DNA of 63,601 nt, filler included, from Choristocarpus tenellus KU-1152 (GCA_964200185.2; 12 parts of 12 records of this genome joined end to end with filler, not necessarily neighbours in it); one strand, 5' to 3'; positions 38,882-51,171 are shown, counted from the whole stretch's first letter. Notes: generated from the letters alone by a model not told the origin. Numbers and translations are program-made.

Positions 38882-39033
38882 GTAAAAATTCTTCTGCTAA
38901 AAAGTGGGTAACAGAGAAAGAGAAAAGGAGGAACAAATGTATTGATCCTGATGCTAATTTTTTTCATGAAAACCCTAGTATTATTCTTTTTTGCTTGATA
39001 GATTCCTCCAGATTACCTATTATAAATGGAAGT

Positions 39034-39300
39034 GAGTTGCACTTTAAGGGTGCTGACAAAATGTGAAAAATTCGGTTTTTTTACAAATGTGCATGACGAT
39101 ATTTGTCGATGTATATTATTATGCCCTCTGACATTTTTTGCAGGTGGGTTGTCTCGGGAAAGTTGACAAAATATAGAAATAAAAGCTCTCAAGACAAACT
39201 TATAACTTCATCTACGGAAAATGGATTAATTCCAAAAGATTCCAAAACAGACTCAAATGCAAATCGGTAACCTGATTACCCCTTTTTGTTTACTTTGACT
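39034..39300. mobile_element. MITE family C, degenerate intronic copy
   Basis: Aligns with 43994-44257; ends GTTTACTTTGACTC. Confidence 0.7.
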
Positions 39301-39703
39301 CTGTATCCAGGAGATACATCAAACCCAAAGTATCTGGGGGGGGGGGGGTCTACNNNNNNNNNNNNNNNNNNNNNNNNNNNNNNNNNNNNNNNNNNNNTTA
39401 ATTAATTAANNNNNNNNNNNNNNNNNNNNNNNNNNNNNNNNNNNNNNNNNNNNCATTCCTTTAAAACTTCACATTTCCCCCCCCCACAAAAAAAAAAAAA
39501 AAAAAACAAAAAAAAACTCCACACCCTCCCCCCCCCCCCCCCCCCTCCGTTTTTCATCATTCAGATCACCTCTGAAAACCATCAAATGCTCACCACTTTA
39601 CCCCCCCAGAGGACCGATAGGACCATCATCAATAACGACTTCGCCATACTTCCAGAAGTCAAGTAGGAGGTTCCAGAAGTCAACAATGTATGACCCTGGC
39701 AGC

Positions 39704-39741
<38 letters not shown>

Positions 39742-40140
39742 CCCCACCCCAAGGAGACGATTGATTATTCACCCAGTGCACCGACAATGGAATGGGACAT
39801 ACATACACACACAAGAGTCAGGAAACACACGTTGAGGGTGAGATAGATAGCAGCCTTTTCGGGTGTCTGTTGTGTGTTGATTTAGTTTTTTCCTCCTTTT
39901 ATTTTGTATGTATGTATGTATTCTTCTATTTGCTGCTCTCACTTCTTTCATTTTTTTTTTCCTTCATATTATTGACTACAGGTTCCAAGCTTGTTCCATG
40001 TTCCATCATGTTACTAATGCTCTATTTTATTCTCCATTATTTGAAAATATATGCCAAACGCTGGAGCATTGATTGCTGTATCATGGATAGACCTGGCGTG
40101 TGTGCTATTCAGTCCAACGGTGTTTGTTTGAGAAGCATAC

Positions 40141-40438
40141 ATATCGCAACTCAGACAAAGCAAGTCGTATCACATGCTGGTAGGTAGGTAGGTAGGTAGG
40201 TAGGTAGGTAGGTAGAGAGATCGTAGTCATCCGCTTGAAAAAACAAGCGGGCTGAGTGCGTAAAAGTAATCAATAAATAAGAAAAAAAAGTCTCCCCTCC
40301 CCGAAAAAAGTAAAAAAAAATAGAGGAAAAGAAAAAATAATATAAAAAAGAATAGTTAGAAAAAGAGAAAGAAATGAAAATGAGAAAAACGAAATCTTCA
40401 ATAATAATAATATTAATAATCATAATAATAATAAATAA

Positions 40439-40469
<31 letters not shown>

Positions 40470-41836
40470 GAAGATACGGAGAAGAAAGAACAGAAAGAGG
40501 ACAGAAAACAAACCGTCAAGAAAAAAATAAATAGTAGGAAGACAGACGAGACGGTCTTCAAATCACTACCACCTCCTCACCTGACCACCAGGGTTCTGGA
40601 TGGCCTTGAGCGCCTCAAGATCCCTGTAGTGGTGATTGTTTAAACTGCACAACACACGGGTTTAGTTTTTTTTTAGGGTTATAGGGTTAGGGTCTTAGGT
40701 TTGGGGAACACACACAAAGCTAAAAAAACAAAATAGAAGGGGATATACACATACCATCGCAGCATTAGGACGAGTACACCGGAAAGATACACACGTGCGT
40801 GCGTGATGAATGAAACCGGCTCTAATACACTCGTTATATATATACATACATACATACACACATACACAAATACATACATACACATAACCGACTCCAAGTA
40901 CTTTTTTTTTCTATTTTTTTTATAAAGTCTACTGCTAAACAAAAAAAAAGGAGAAGAAAAGTGCCACGATGAAACCGTTCAGAAGACCGACCGCGAATAT
41001 ACCTACAAAAAAAAAAGAAAAGATATGGTGTATATATATATATTATATACATACATTCATTTTTTTAAATGGTACTTGTCTTGTCTCACTCGAAGGGCTT
41101 GAGACGGATGTCCTTCAAACAAAACTATTGCCATACCGCCCACCCTTCCCTTTCTATATCTGGCTTGAAGTAACTGGGGGGGGGGGAGACAACAACGACA
41201 ACGACAAAGACAATAACAATGACAATGACAACGACAATGACAATGACTGTCCATTTGGCGCCCATCTTTCCACGTCGCATTCTTTTGTGCGAATTTGGTT
41301 GCATGCGTTCGGATGGATATAATATAATGCAAGTGCACTTCTCCTGGTCAAGCTCCGAATGGACACCCTGGTGTAGAAACCCTGACACACACACACAACT
41401 AACTGGCTTTTGACGCAGCTTGACGCAGCTGGACGTACCACGTAGAAGAAATTTCTTTCGTATTTCTGAACGATGCTGACAAAGACAAATATAAATGCAT
41501 ACAAATATACAATACAATACAATACAATACACACACTTCATGTACGATACACTGCCAAATACAGAAAAAAACGCCTCTTACTCACACACCATACGGCAAC
41601 AGTAACTACACGTAAACAGCAGATAAAATTCCTAGCGCATTCCTGGAACAACCACTCCCTCCCCCCCCCTTCCCTCCCTCCCTCCCTCCCTCCCTCTCTT
41701 CCTCACATCTCAAACTCGAGGTGTTGCTTCTGATCCGGGGCTATCGCATTTATGATTCCCTTCACCAGACCCCCTCGACTTCCGCCAACTCCGCCTCCGC
41801 TCAGAGCCATCCCACCGCCATCGCTCGAACCGTCCC
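40141..41836 (-). CDS. Internal exons of an unknown protein
   Basis: Exons 41836-41707, 40623-40581 and 40176-40141 have canonical AG/GT and matching phases: GDGSSDGGGMALSGGGVGGSRGGLVKGIINAIAPDQKQHLEFEM-DLEALKAIQNPGGQ-HVIRLALSELRY. Confidence 0.65.
41162..41410. mobile_element. MITE family B copy with microsatellite-expanded ends
   Basis: Core 41246-41382 aligns to 11319-11445. (GACAAY)n lies between the G-run and GTCCATTTGG. Confidence 0.75.
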
Positions 41837-42264
41837 CTGCAAGGGGCCACCAAGTGTGAGCAAGACAAATCAGAACACAAACGCAAACGCAAACGCAAAC
41901 ATGAAGCGCAAAAAAAAAGAAAGACTGGAGTCATCGTCTCATACAAAACCCTACCGTACAGATACGAAGGTAATCCACACATCACATTGAGGACACAGAG
42001 AAAGAGGGGGGGGGGGGGGGGGAGGGGAGGGGGGAAAAAGGAGGCCCCCCAACCGGTCTTTGCCCTGGGACCAAAAAGAAACTTTCCCNNNNNNNNNNNN
42101 NNNNNNNNNNNNNNNNNNNNNNNNNNNNNNNNTTAATTAATTAANNNNNNNNNNNNNNNNNNNNNNNNNNNNNNNNNNNNNNNNNNNNCTTTACAACACC
42201 ATGATTCCTCTTCCTTCGTAGTCTATGTATCATATACAATACATTCGATTCAGGTTTCAACATT

Positions 42265-42510
42265 TTAGAGGTCACGAGTTTTTCCCTGTTTGTCCATTTG
42301 GGGCTTGACTTCCCATGGATTCTTTTATGACTTTTTCCTACTCCAATATTTTCGGAGTAGGGAAAGTGTATACGTTATGAAAAGGTGTGTCCAGATTATG
42401 GATATTGACACTTCCTAACAAACTCCTTAGCCAAAATTACATAAAAATCTCAACATTGGATTTTGGTCCCTAAAATGGACTCGGCTCTACCCTCTAAGAT
42501 ACTTTGACTC
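42265..42510. mobile_element. MITE family A, long-arm tip eroded
   Basis: Family interior, ends TACCCTCTAAGATACTTTGACTC. Confidence 0.88.
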
Positions 42511-42603
42511 TGTGCGCTTCCTTAAGTTTAATGTGCACAACAAATCTCTTCAATGTACTTGAGTGTATTTTGCAGAATATATTGTTTCTAGGGTTGTATT
42601 TAC

Positions 42604-45594
42604 CAACGAGCTGGAACAGATCAAGAAGCGCAGATGCTGCAATGGCAGTGGCTGAGCTGTCTCGGCACTGGTCGATGATTGGGGCATCAAAGTCTGCATA
42701 AGCAACATTGTCGGTTGGCAGATTTTCCATGAAATATCTGGCATGAACAAGGCAAAGAGCAGGGAATACGAGTTGAGGATTTGGTGGAGTTGACCATGGC
42801 CAGGCAAAGTGCAACAGAAACAGGGTGTGCACAACTTGTGGAGTCATGGCAAGGAAAGGAGAAGATGATGGCAGTAGCAGCGGCTCATCAGGAAGCCAAC
42901 AATTTATGTAGTACGGGATTATGGTCGTGTGAGGGATAGCAAGGGGGAGGAAATGGGATATGGGAAAAGGAGAAAGCAACATGAGAATATGAAAGACAAT
43001 GGTCGTGGGAGGGTTGGATGATTTTGTGTAACCATCAATAAGAACGCCTAGCTGATTCTACCCTTGGTCTCTTTTGTTTGTGCCTGCCACTGCTGCATTG
43101 AATGTTTATGAAAACTTCTTGTGCAAAATTGTGTGCCAGTCAGTGCATGTGAGTCCGTTGGTCTTCTGACAAACGGCATAAAGGCTTCTAAACTTGACAT
43201 AACCATGTAAGTGTATGGGAATACCTTCATAGAAGTTCTGATCGTTAGACGCATAATAGAACTTCAAGCTCTTTGCACAAGACTACACAATGATGACACA
43301 CGCCGGTTCACCTGTTGAGTTCCATGGATCTCTTGAAGTACTTTTCTTTTCCAGTGAGACGGAACATTATTGCATAGCCATAAACGGCCCATGCCTGCCC
43401 CCGAGTCCAGGTTGAGTTGTCTGTCCAACCCCAATATATGTTCCTGCGTCGCAGCCAAGGGGCACAGAACATGCACACATGGATACCAAGCTTTCTTATG
43501 TGAACAGTTAGATTACCATAGTCAATGGTCTTACCAACGAAGCATACATGACTAAAATTGAGCACAATACATCATAGCTTAGGGAACAATGATTACACTG
43601 ATTTGACGTTCAGTGTGCTTACTTAGCATGGAGCTTAACCAATTTTGTCTCTACGAAGTTGCATGCCAGAAGAAACGTCATTGTAGCGAGGAACGATGTT
43701 GGTCCAGGGTATGATGTTGTACGATAAATATACTACTACTCCATAAGTCATATGGAACATTTCTTCAGTAGGTAATCTTGGTAGCAGTTTACATATTGCT
43801 TGGTGCTGAAATACGCTTGTTGTCCATTTCAAAGAATTGTTTATAGCTGTATGTGAGAAGGTTAATCTAGATATTATTGTTACCAAATATTAAAAGATAC
43901 TCGAAATTTGGTGGAAGCGACAAATGAACAGCATGAAAATAGAAGGGAAGAGGTATGTCGGTCTCCAGGGTAGTTGTAATTCGTATCTCATTAGAGTCAC
44001 AGTGTACGAGACACAACCAGAGTTGCATTTTCAGCATCCTGACAAATATGTTTGAAATTCGACATTTCTTACAAATATGTGTGAGACATTTTCTGAGTTG
44101 TGTCGACATAGGTTCAAACAATAGAGAAGTAAATGTTCTCAAGTCAAACTTTCAACTTACATCCATACAAACATGGGTGAATTGCAAGAGATTGAAAAAC
44201 AAAAACTTCAAAATGCAAAACATCCAAAACATAGACCCCTGTAGTTTACTTTGGTTCTTACATTATTCGAAATCTGTTACAGACGAATAGCACGGGCATT
44301 TGTTTTCGTTTTCTAGCAAGCTCGAGTAGTATGTAAGATTCGTAGAACATAGGAAACCTTACAGAATAAAGGTCAATTCCTGGTAGTTACAGAATAAAGA
44401 CTAATGGATAAAGTATTTATACACCAGTTTGCAGATGTTACCTGACTCTTTGATTGTAGAAAGAAGGTAGATGATGTTAATAAAGGCTAAATTTTGACCA
44501 CACAATTCAGTGCTTATCGTTATTACTCTTTTGATAAAGCAAAAAGCGAAACATCGACTGAGCGAAGTATCAGCCGACACCATCCGTGGTCATCGTCATG
44601 GAAATACCCCTGCAGTGTCGTTTTAGGGTCGTTGGAGTTACTCATCCTGTGGAGGTGACTTCTGGAGCGTGCTGTAACAAATCTGTCTCGCCATTCTACT
44701 CTACAATAGTAGTTAGCGGTATGGACGGCTTGAAGGGTTATTTCTACACATTTCTACCCACTTGCTACTCGGGAATACCTATTTGATGCTGCATCCACCT
44801 TCTTTGTTGTGTATGCTCGTAATGGATATCATCATTACTTTGAACCAGTATTTCACACAAAGTTGGTCACAGTTTAGTACATGTCACAGTATGACAATGA
44901 AAGAAACCATTGATATGACAAGTCAAATTACTTGCTGTGTGTCATTAGAGGAAAATGCCATATTGCCATACTACATCGTCCACCACTAATATCTTTAGAG
45001 TGGACGGAAATAGGGAATTTTTGGAGTTGGCGCATTTACTACACCACTTATCATACAAACAATATTTTCAACTCTTGAGTACTCGACCACAACCCATGCG
45101 TTCTCATCATTTGCTTTCAAGCATAATCGTTTTGAATCTCAGTACAGATCCTTCTCCAGGACTTGCATTGGATTGAAAACAAAAAGGCATTGGACACAAA
45201 TCAGACATTAGCTGTATTGTACACCATTTCGTACGCTCTAGCAATCAGTAACATTTGCAATAATAGTTATTTGTAATCATCAATATGTTTGACGACTTAT
45301 CTTTTTCACCAAAATAATATCCTTATTCTGTCATGTCCTGCTTGACCCTAGATGTGAAAAATCATCCGATTGTTGTACAATAATCAAATCCTACAGCTCC
45401 CAACCCAATTAATTCATTGAAGGGATTCCTTTTCCAATTGAGAAAATCCCAGTCCTTTGCTTTCCCTAAGTCGCCTCATCGTATGTTGTTGCCCACCTTT
45501 GTCGATGATCCCATCACTGAAGTTTGTGTAGTCAGCCACATGCCAAGTGCTTCTGTCTGACCGAACAAGATCTTTCCATGTCCTCTTGGCGTGT
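42604..45594 (-). CDS. Glycoside hydrolase family 88 (unsaturated glucuronyl hydrolase-like), three internal exons; apparent 2-nt frameshift, possibly a pseudogene
   Basis: Exons 45594-45497 (HAKRTWKDLVRSDRSTWHVADY), 43443-43312 (WTDNSTWTRGQAWAVYGY) and 42737-42604 (YFMENLP.DNVAYADFDAP...RDSSATAIAASALL). W.RGQAW..YG and DSSA.AIAAS are GH88 signatures. Confidence 0.9.
43994..44257. mobile_element. MITE family C, intronic
   Basis: GAGTCACAGTGTACGAGA...CCAGAGTTGCATTTT ... GTTTACTTTGGTTC; homologous to 17740-18266 without its nested insert. Confidence 0.75.
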
Positions 45595-45795
45595 CTGTGA
45601 AAATAAGTAATTGCAAAGTTCATATTAGCACCATCCTAGACTACAGGAGTGATAAGGCCCCAAAACAGGTACAACAGTTGGAACGNNNNNNNNNNNNNNN
45701 NNNNNNNNNNNNNNNNNNNNNNNNNNNNNTTAATTAATTAANNNNNNNNNNNNNNNNNNNNNNNNNNNNNNNNNNNNNNNNNNNNATGAAAAAAA

Positions 45796-45830
<35 letters not shown>

Positions 45831-45863
45831 TTATTTTTTTTGGGGGGGGGTGGAGGGGCTCAC

Positions 45864-48800
45864 CTTGTCTCCCTTGAGAATGAGACCCACATGATACATA
45901 TCATCCATCTGAGAGAGTTTAAGTCTTACCTTTAGTGCAGTTTGTGCGTACGTATCAAGGGAATAAGTAAGGAGAGGTGTGTAAGTAAAAGAGTCAGAGG
46001 AAAGGAGTGATACGTGAGAGGAGAGAGGAGACATTGAATAGCAAAGTGGGAAGGGCATCATGTCAACTTGAAACAATAATAACAATAATAGAGTATGTTC
46101 CTCTGTAGGTTCGTAGAGGCAATGTATTCAAAAGCTGGCACAACATATATACAATGAAATGTCCTCTTCATAGTTGAGTATACAACACCCATGTAAATGG
46201 AATGAACAAGTTCTCATTCTAAAGCTAGATATTTCAGCATTTGATATCAAAATGGTAAAATAACTGAAACCCTTATTACTATACTGTTTTGAAGCGATGC
46301 CAACAATATATCAAATTCAATGCAACTATAGTCTTGTATAAAAAAAAAGGAGCACGGTGTGGAGATAATCTTGACCAATCAAAAGATCCCCATGCCTTCA
46401 CCACCTTCCAAATTCCAACTATTCCCCCATCCTCTCTATTCTAGCCCTCAAAAAGAGGAACAAAGACACACTATCTGTATAATCTGTATACACAGTATCT
46501 GTGTACTTCATTGGAAAAATAGAAAAGCACAACAATCCTGTCTATTGTGTCATTAAGGTACCAAGTTTCATTTGATAAAAAATATATAAAGCCCATTAGA
46601 CCCTTTGAAAAATACACAGACTCACGTATTTTAAAAAAAGAAATAAATACACCAATATATACACTTATCTGGCAATTTCCCCTTTCAGCCAACATTGAAA
46701 GCAATAGACTAAATCAACCATGCCCTGAGCAAACCCCACCCACCCTGCCGACAGAGTCACAACCCCACCAGTGCAAGAGTGATCTCTTCCTATCCTCAAT
46801 ATGAAGGATCAACAAAAAGGGACATCATAAAAGGTACAATATGAAAAGTACAGTATAAAAGGTACAATATGAAGGGTACAGTATAAAAAGGTACAATATG
46901 AAAGGTACAATATGAAAGGAACACTGTGCTTGTTTGAGAATGGGTAAGGGTATTAGAAGGTTTGATCCTCCCTACACATGTGTTTGATTAGCTTACCCTA
47001 CACATGTGTTTGACAAATTCAGAAGATCTCATCGCCTTTGGCATCCACAAACACTGCAGCACTTCCGCTGGGTCCTAAGCAAGGACAGATTGAGGTGAGA
47101 TTGTGCATCAAGGGGGGGGGAGGAGAGGGGAGGGGCTAATAAGAGAAGAGAAAGGAGAAAGGGGAAGTGTGGGAGGGGGAAAGTACAAAACAAGTGTGGG
47201 AGGGGGAGAGTACAAAACTTGCGTACTTCCCACTATAAAACCAAAGAGGGTTAATAACTTGGTACTAACTGCAACAGAAGTAGTAATAGTGATTTTAACA
47301 GAAGAAACAACCAATACAACAATAGCAAACTAGCAAAAACACAATAGCAAGGGCTACATATAAACAGTACAGGAAGGTAAGGCTACATACAAACACACAC
47401 ACAAAGGGTCTATGCAACGGAAAAACAATACAAGGGGGACAGCAGTAGAGTCAGGACCCTTTTCTGATTATGAACAGATTGTTGTTAACTACCATATACC
47501 ACCCCCACAATACTGTACTATAAATATGACATACATGAAAAATGTGTGAGACACTTTACACAGACGTCTGTATTAAAATACAGCAATCCAAAAATACATC
47601 ATAAATACACTGATCAATGCTCTGAATGAACACACTAATCTATCACATCAATAGTAAAAATGTTACAACATCCAATTAATAGTATCAATAATGTAAGCAT
47701 ACACACCTCAAGTGCCTTCTTCTTGAGCAACTTCATGTCAGCCTCCGTAGTTTGATCCTTATTTGTAATGGTGTCCGTAGAACCATTAAAATTTTCCTCT
47801 GGTGCCGATGCTGCCTCCTCATTGGCCAAGGCCTGCCTCTTCTCTTCATCCTCTTGTGACCCCTCCGCGTTCTGCTTCACAGACACATCAGAAGTCTCTA
47901 TGAGTGCCTGTGATGAGCAACTGGCACTCTTACCCTGAGAGAGGAAAGTAAGAGAAGGAATATAGGAATAGTTCATCATCATCATCATTATCATCAGTGA
48001 AATAATTGAGGCATAAATGCATAGTTGTCATATAGACAGCATGTACAAAAAGTAGCAGGGTCAGGGGGATCAGGGGGGTCATTGGGTCAGAAACTGAGCC
48101 GGGGACAGTCAATGGCCTGTATTACACACCTCTAGAAATGACATTACTCAGAATCATCACTCAAATCACTTAAAGATTGTCTCATTTCACTATCAATGTG
48201 TGATATGTGAACCATGATAACAAAAAAACCTGTAATGTACAAGTACTAAGTATTCAAGTATTTGTTCAAGTATTTGCATCTCCTCCAATGACCAGCAGCA
48301 GGATCTACCCTGCCCTGACATGTGTCAGGAAAACAAAGTCAAGGAGGGGGGGNNNNNNNNNNGGCACACTCCGGAAGTATGGAAGGAAAGAAAAGAGAGG
48401 AGGGGGGGGGGGGGGGGGGGGGGGGATACGAACACATTAAAGTAATAGTTGACATGATCATATCACCTTCAGAACATTTTTTGCTTTATCAGGAAATCAG
48501 TACCAATTACCCCCCCTCCCAAAATAAAAATCTGACCTTCTCTTCCTCAGCCTCCGCTCCTCCAGGTGTGCTATCTACTTCTTTCACTGACACTTCAGCC
48601 TTCGCCTTCATGTCCACATACTTTGATTCCTCAGCCTCCCCCAATCCTTTCTCCTCTGTCGTCCCCCCTTCCCCCACACCAGCAATAGTAGCATCAGATG
48701 CTGCCACTTTGGCACCCCCCCCATCCTCAGGCTTTGTCTCAAGAGTAGCACTGCTGATGTAAGAACAAAGGGGTCTGAAGGTGAGGTGGATGGGCAGGTT

Positions 48801-50435
48801 AGGTTATAGGTTAGGAACACAAGGGTGTGCTACAGATTCTTCAGTAGAAAAATGTTACACCTTTTGAAGTCATGGCTGTACCCTCTCCTGTCATGTGGCA
48901 TTAGTGAAGTAAACCTTAAGCACTAACTGGTGAATAGACAGTATTCCACAACAACAACAGGCACATAGAAATAGTAGTACAAAGCACAATAGCACAACAG
49001 TCTCAAGGGCAACCAACATACAGAATATTCACCTTGTTTCAGCAAAACTGGGCATTCTTAGACCATCCCAAGAAACGTATCATTGACACAAAAAGGAAAA
49101 CCCATCAAACAATGCACACTGGAGAGCACAAAGGGGAGAGGTAATTCACAAAACCACAACTAGTAACAGTCGAATCTCTAACAAGTGCAACCAACTAACT
49201 TCATCTGGTTGGTCAACTCAAGTCTACCTGGTTGCCTTGGGTCCCTCCCCCCTCTCCTCCACGTTCCCTTCCTCCACATCTTTCATCTCCTTATCATCCA
49301 AAGAAGTATCTTGACCTCCACATCCACTCCCCCCTTCTCCTTCTCCTTCCCCCTCATTCACCTCTCCTCTCTCCTGGACAACCTCCATCTCTACTACTTC
49401 TCCCCCTTTCCCTGACTCTGCCTGATTCCCCTCTAAACACTCCGATACCTGACCACTATCCTCACTATTGCCTGTACCAGCCACTACCACCCCTTCCAAC
49501 ACACTACCAGTCCCCTCAGAAGTCAGTCCTGTCGATCCCCTCATCACATTCACAGCACCTGCCTCAACAGTCACCCCTGCCTCTGCCCCTGTCTCTGTTG
49601 CTGCTGCTGCTGCACTCTTCTCTGCCTCTGCCTTCTCCCTGGCTTGTGCCTGTGCTACAGCTATTTCTTCCAACACCTTGCCGCAGAGAACATGCTTATC
49701 TGTCAAGGTCTTCAGTGCCAGCAAGTACGCCTTCTTTACATCTTCCTCAGAGCAAACATTTCCTGCCACATGGGGGGTGGGTGGGCCTTCTGCTACCACT
49801 GCTGTGCTGTTGTTCAATACCTTGGAAGGCAACGTTAACAGCGAAGAACTTGAGTCCTTCTCGGACCCTGGTGTTGTCCCCATGGTGACATTACCTGTTG
49901 TTGTCCCAACTTGTCCCTCAACTCCTGCATGGGAAGTAGACCCCTGCTCCTTGGTCCCTGTGGTTGCCGAACCCACATCCTCCCCTTGCCCAGGTGCAGC
50001 ATTATCACCGGATGGAGTGATGTCCATTGGTGTAGCTAGGTTTGTGGAGGGTATTGAAGATACATCAGTGGTCCCCACAATTGGCATTGGGGCTGGAGTG
50101 ACCAACCCTGGCTGTTCTACTACCTTGACTGCCCTGCTTGATGTTGGCCCTGCCTCTGTGCTTGTGGCTGCATCAGGCACACCACTGGTAGAGGAAGTCA
50201 GCCCCCCTCTGTTCTGCTGAGAAGATACAACACTGGGGTTTGTTCCTTGCACCACCACTCCTCCCCCCCCATCCCCGCTACTGGAAGATCCACCCTCTGC
50301 TGGAGGTGGCAGCACCTTGAGGTCACTTTCCAGTCCCCCTGCCTGCTCAGACCTTTCCTCTGAAGCAGCCTTCAGCAACTGAGCACGTTGGGCATCGATA
50401 GATTCCTGCTTTCGCTTCAGTGCTTCCTGATACAT
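45864..50435 (-). CDS. Large unknown protein with a long Gly/Ser/Thr/Glu-rich low-complexity region; internal exons, truncated at both ends
   Basis: Phase-compatible exons about 50435-49228, 48753-48537, 47934-47707, 47074-46997 and 45929-45864. The last two encode DPAEVLQCLWMPKAMRSSEFVKHMCR-VRLKLSQMDDMYHVGLILKGDK. Confidence 0.8.
46826..46920. repeat. Intronic 14-bp-unit minisatellite
   Basis: AAAGGTACAATATG / AAAAGTACAGTATA variants in tandem, about 6 copies. Confidence 0.85.
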
Positions 50436-50451
50436 GTAGGGAGGGGGAGGG

Positions 50452-50485
<34 letters not shown>

Positions 50486-50908
50486 NNNNNNNNNNNNNNN
50501 NNNNNNNNNNNNNNNNNNNNNNNNNNNNNTTAATTAATTAANNNNNNNNNNNNNNNNNNNNNNNNNNNNNNNNNNNNNNNNNNNNAATATCCATCCTACG
50601 TATGCAACCAAATCACCCAAAAATCGCGACATGAAAAGATATTCACCCCAAACGGACAGCCGCTACCCCCCCCCCCCCAAATACTTTGAGTCAATACCCA
50701 CTCTATGCATAATAATTATCTCTCCCGATTCACTATCTCTCTATAGTGGGGAACGAAAGTTCAATAGATTGCAAGAGGTTGTGGATACATATGAGATTTC
50801 TGTAGCAAGGACTCTGAATGGTTATCGGTTCTAACTCGACCTTTAGTACACACAAACGTTGCAACTATTAATAGCATCTGCTACTCTTTTTGATCTTCTC
50901 CCTTGATC

Positions 50909-51171
50909 GAGTCAAAGTATCTTAGAGGGTAGAGCGGCGTCCATTTGGGGTCCAAAATCCAATGTTGCGAATTTATGTAACTTTGGCTACGTATTTGTTA
51001 GGAATTATTGTCAATATCCTTGTCCGAGCACACCTTTTCATAATAACGTGTACATTTGACCTAATATAAAAAAACATTTCGGAGTAGGTAAAATGTCATA
51101 ATAACCCGTGGGAAGCCAAGCTCCAAACGGACAAACAGGGCAAAACTCGTACCCTTCAATATACTTCACTT
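50909..51171. mobile_element. MITE family A, full length, long-arm tip degenerate
   Basis: GAGTCAAAGTATCTTAGAGGGTAGAGCGGCGTCCATTTGGGG ... CTCGTACCCTTCAATATACTTCACT. Confidence 0.9.

Noticed and set aside
39792-41733. Hydrophobic or repetitive ORFs as membrane proteins
   Set aside because: Translations of microsatellites and homopolymer tracts within introns.
7261-45594. CBM32 + GH88 + membrane transporter as a polysaccharide-utilisation cluster
   Set aside because: The genes are on different, artificially joined contigs; there is no evidence of linkage.
49232-50220. Plus-strand ORFs of 218 and 250 aa as overlapping genes
   Set aside because: Antisense shadows of the low-complexity minus-strand exon, which has proper splice sites.
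7064-50585. Regularly recurring TTAATTAATTAA palindrome as a biological repeat
   Set aside because: Always centred in exactly 44+44 Ns; an artificial six-frame-stop linker.
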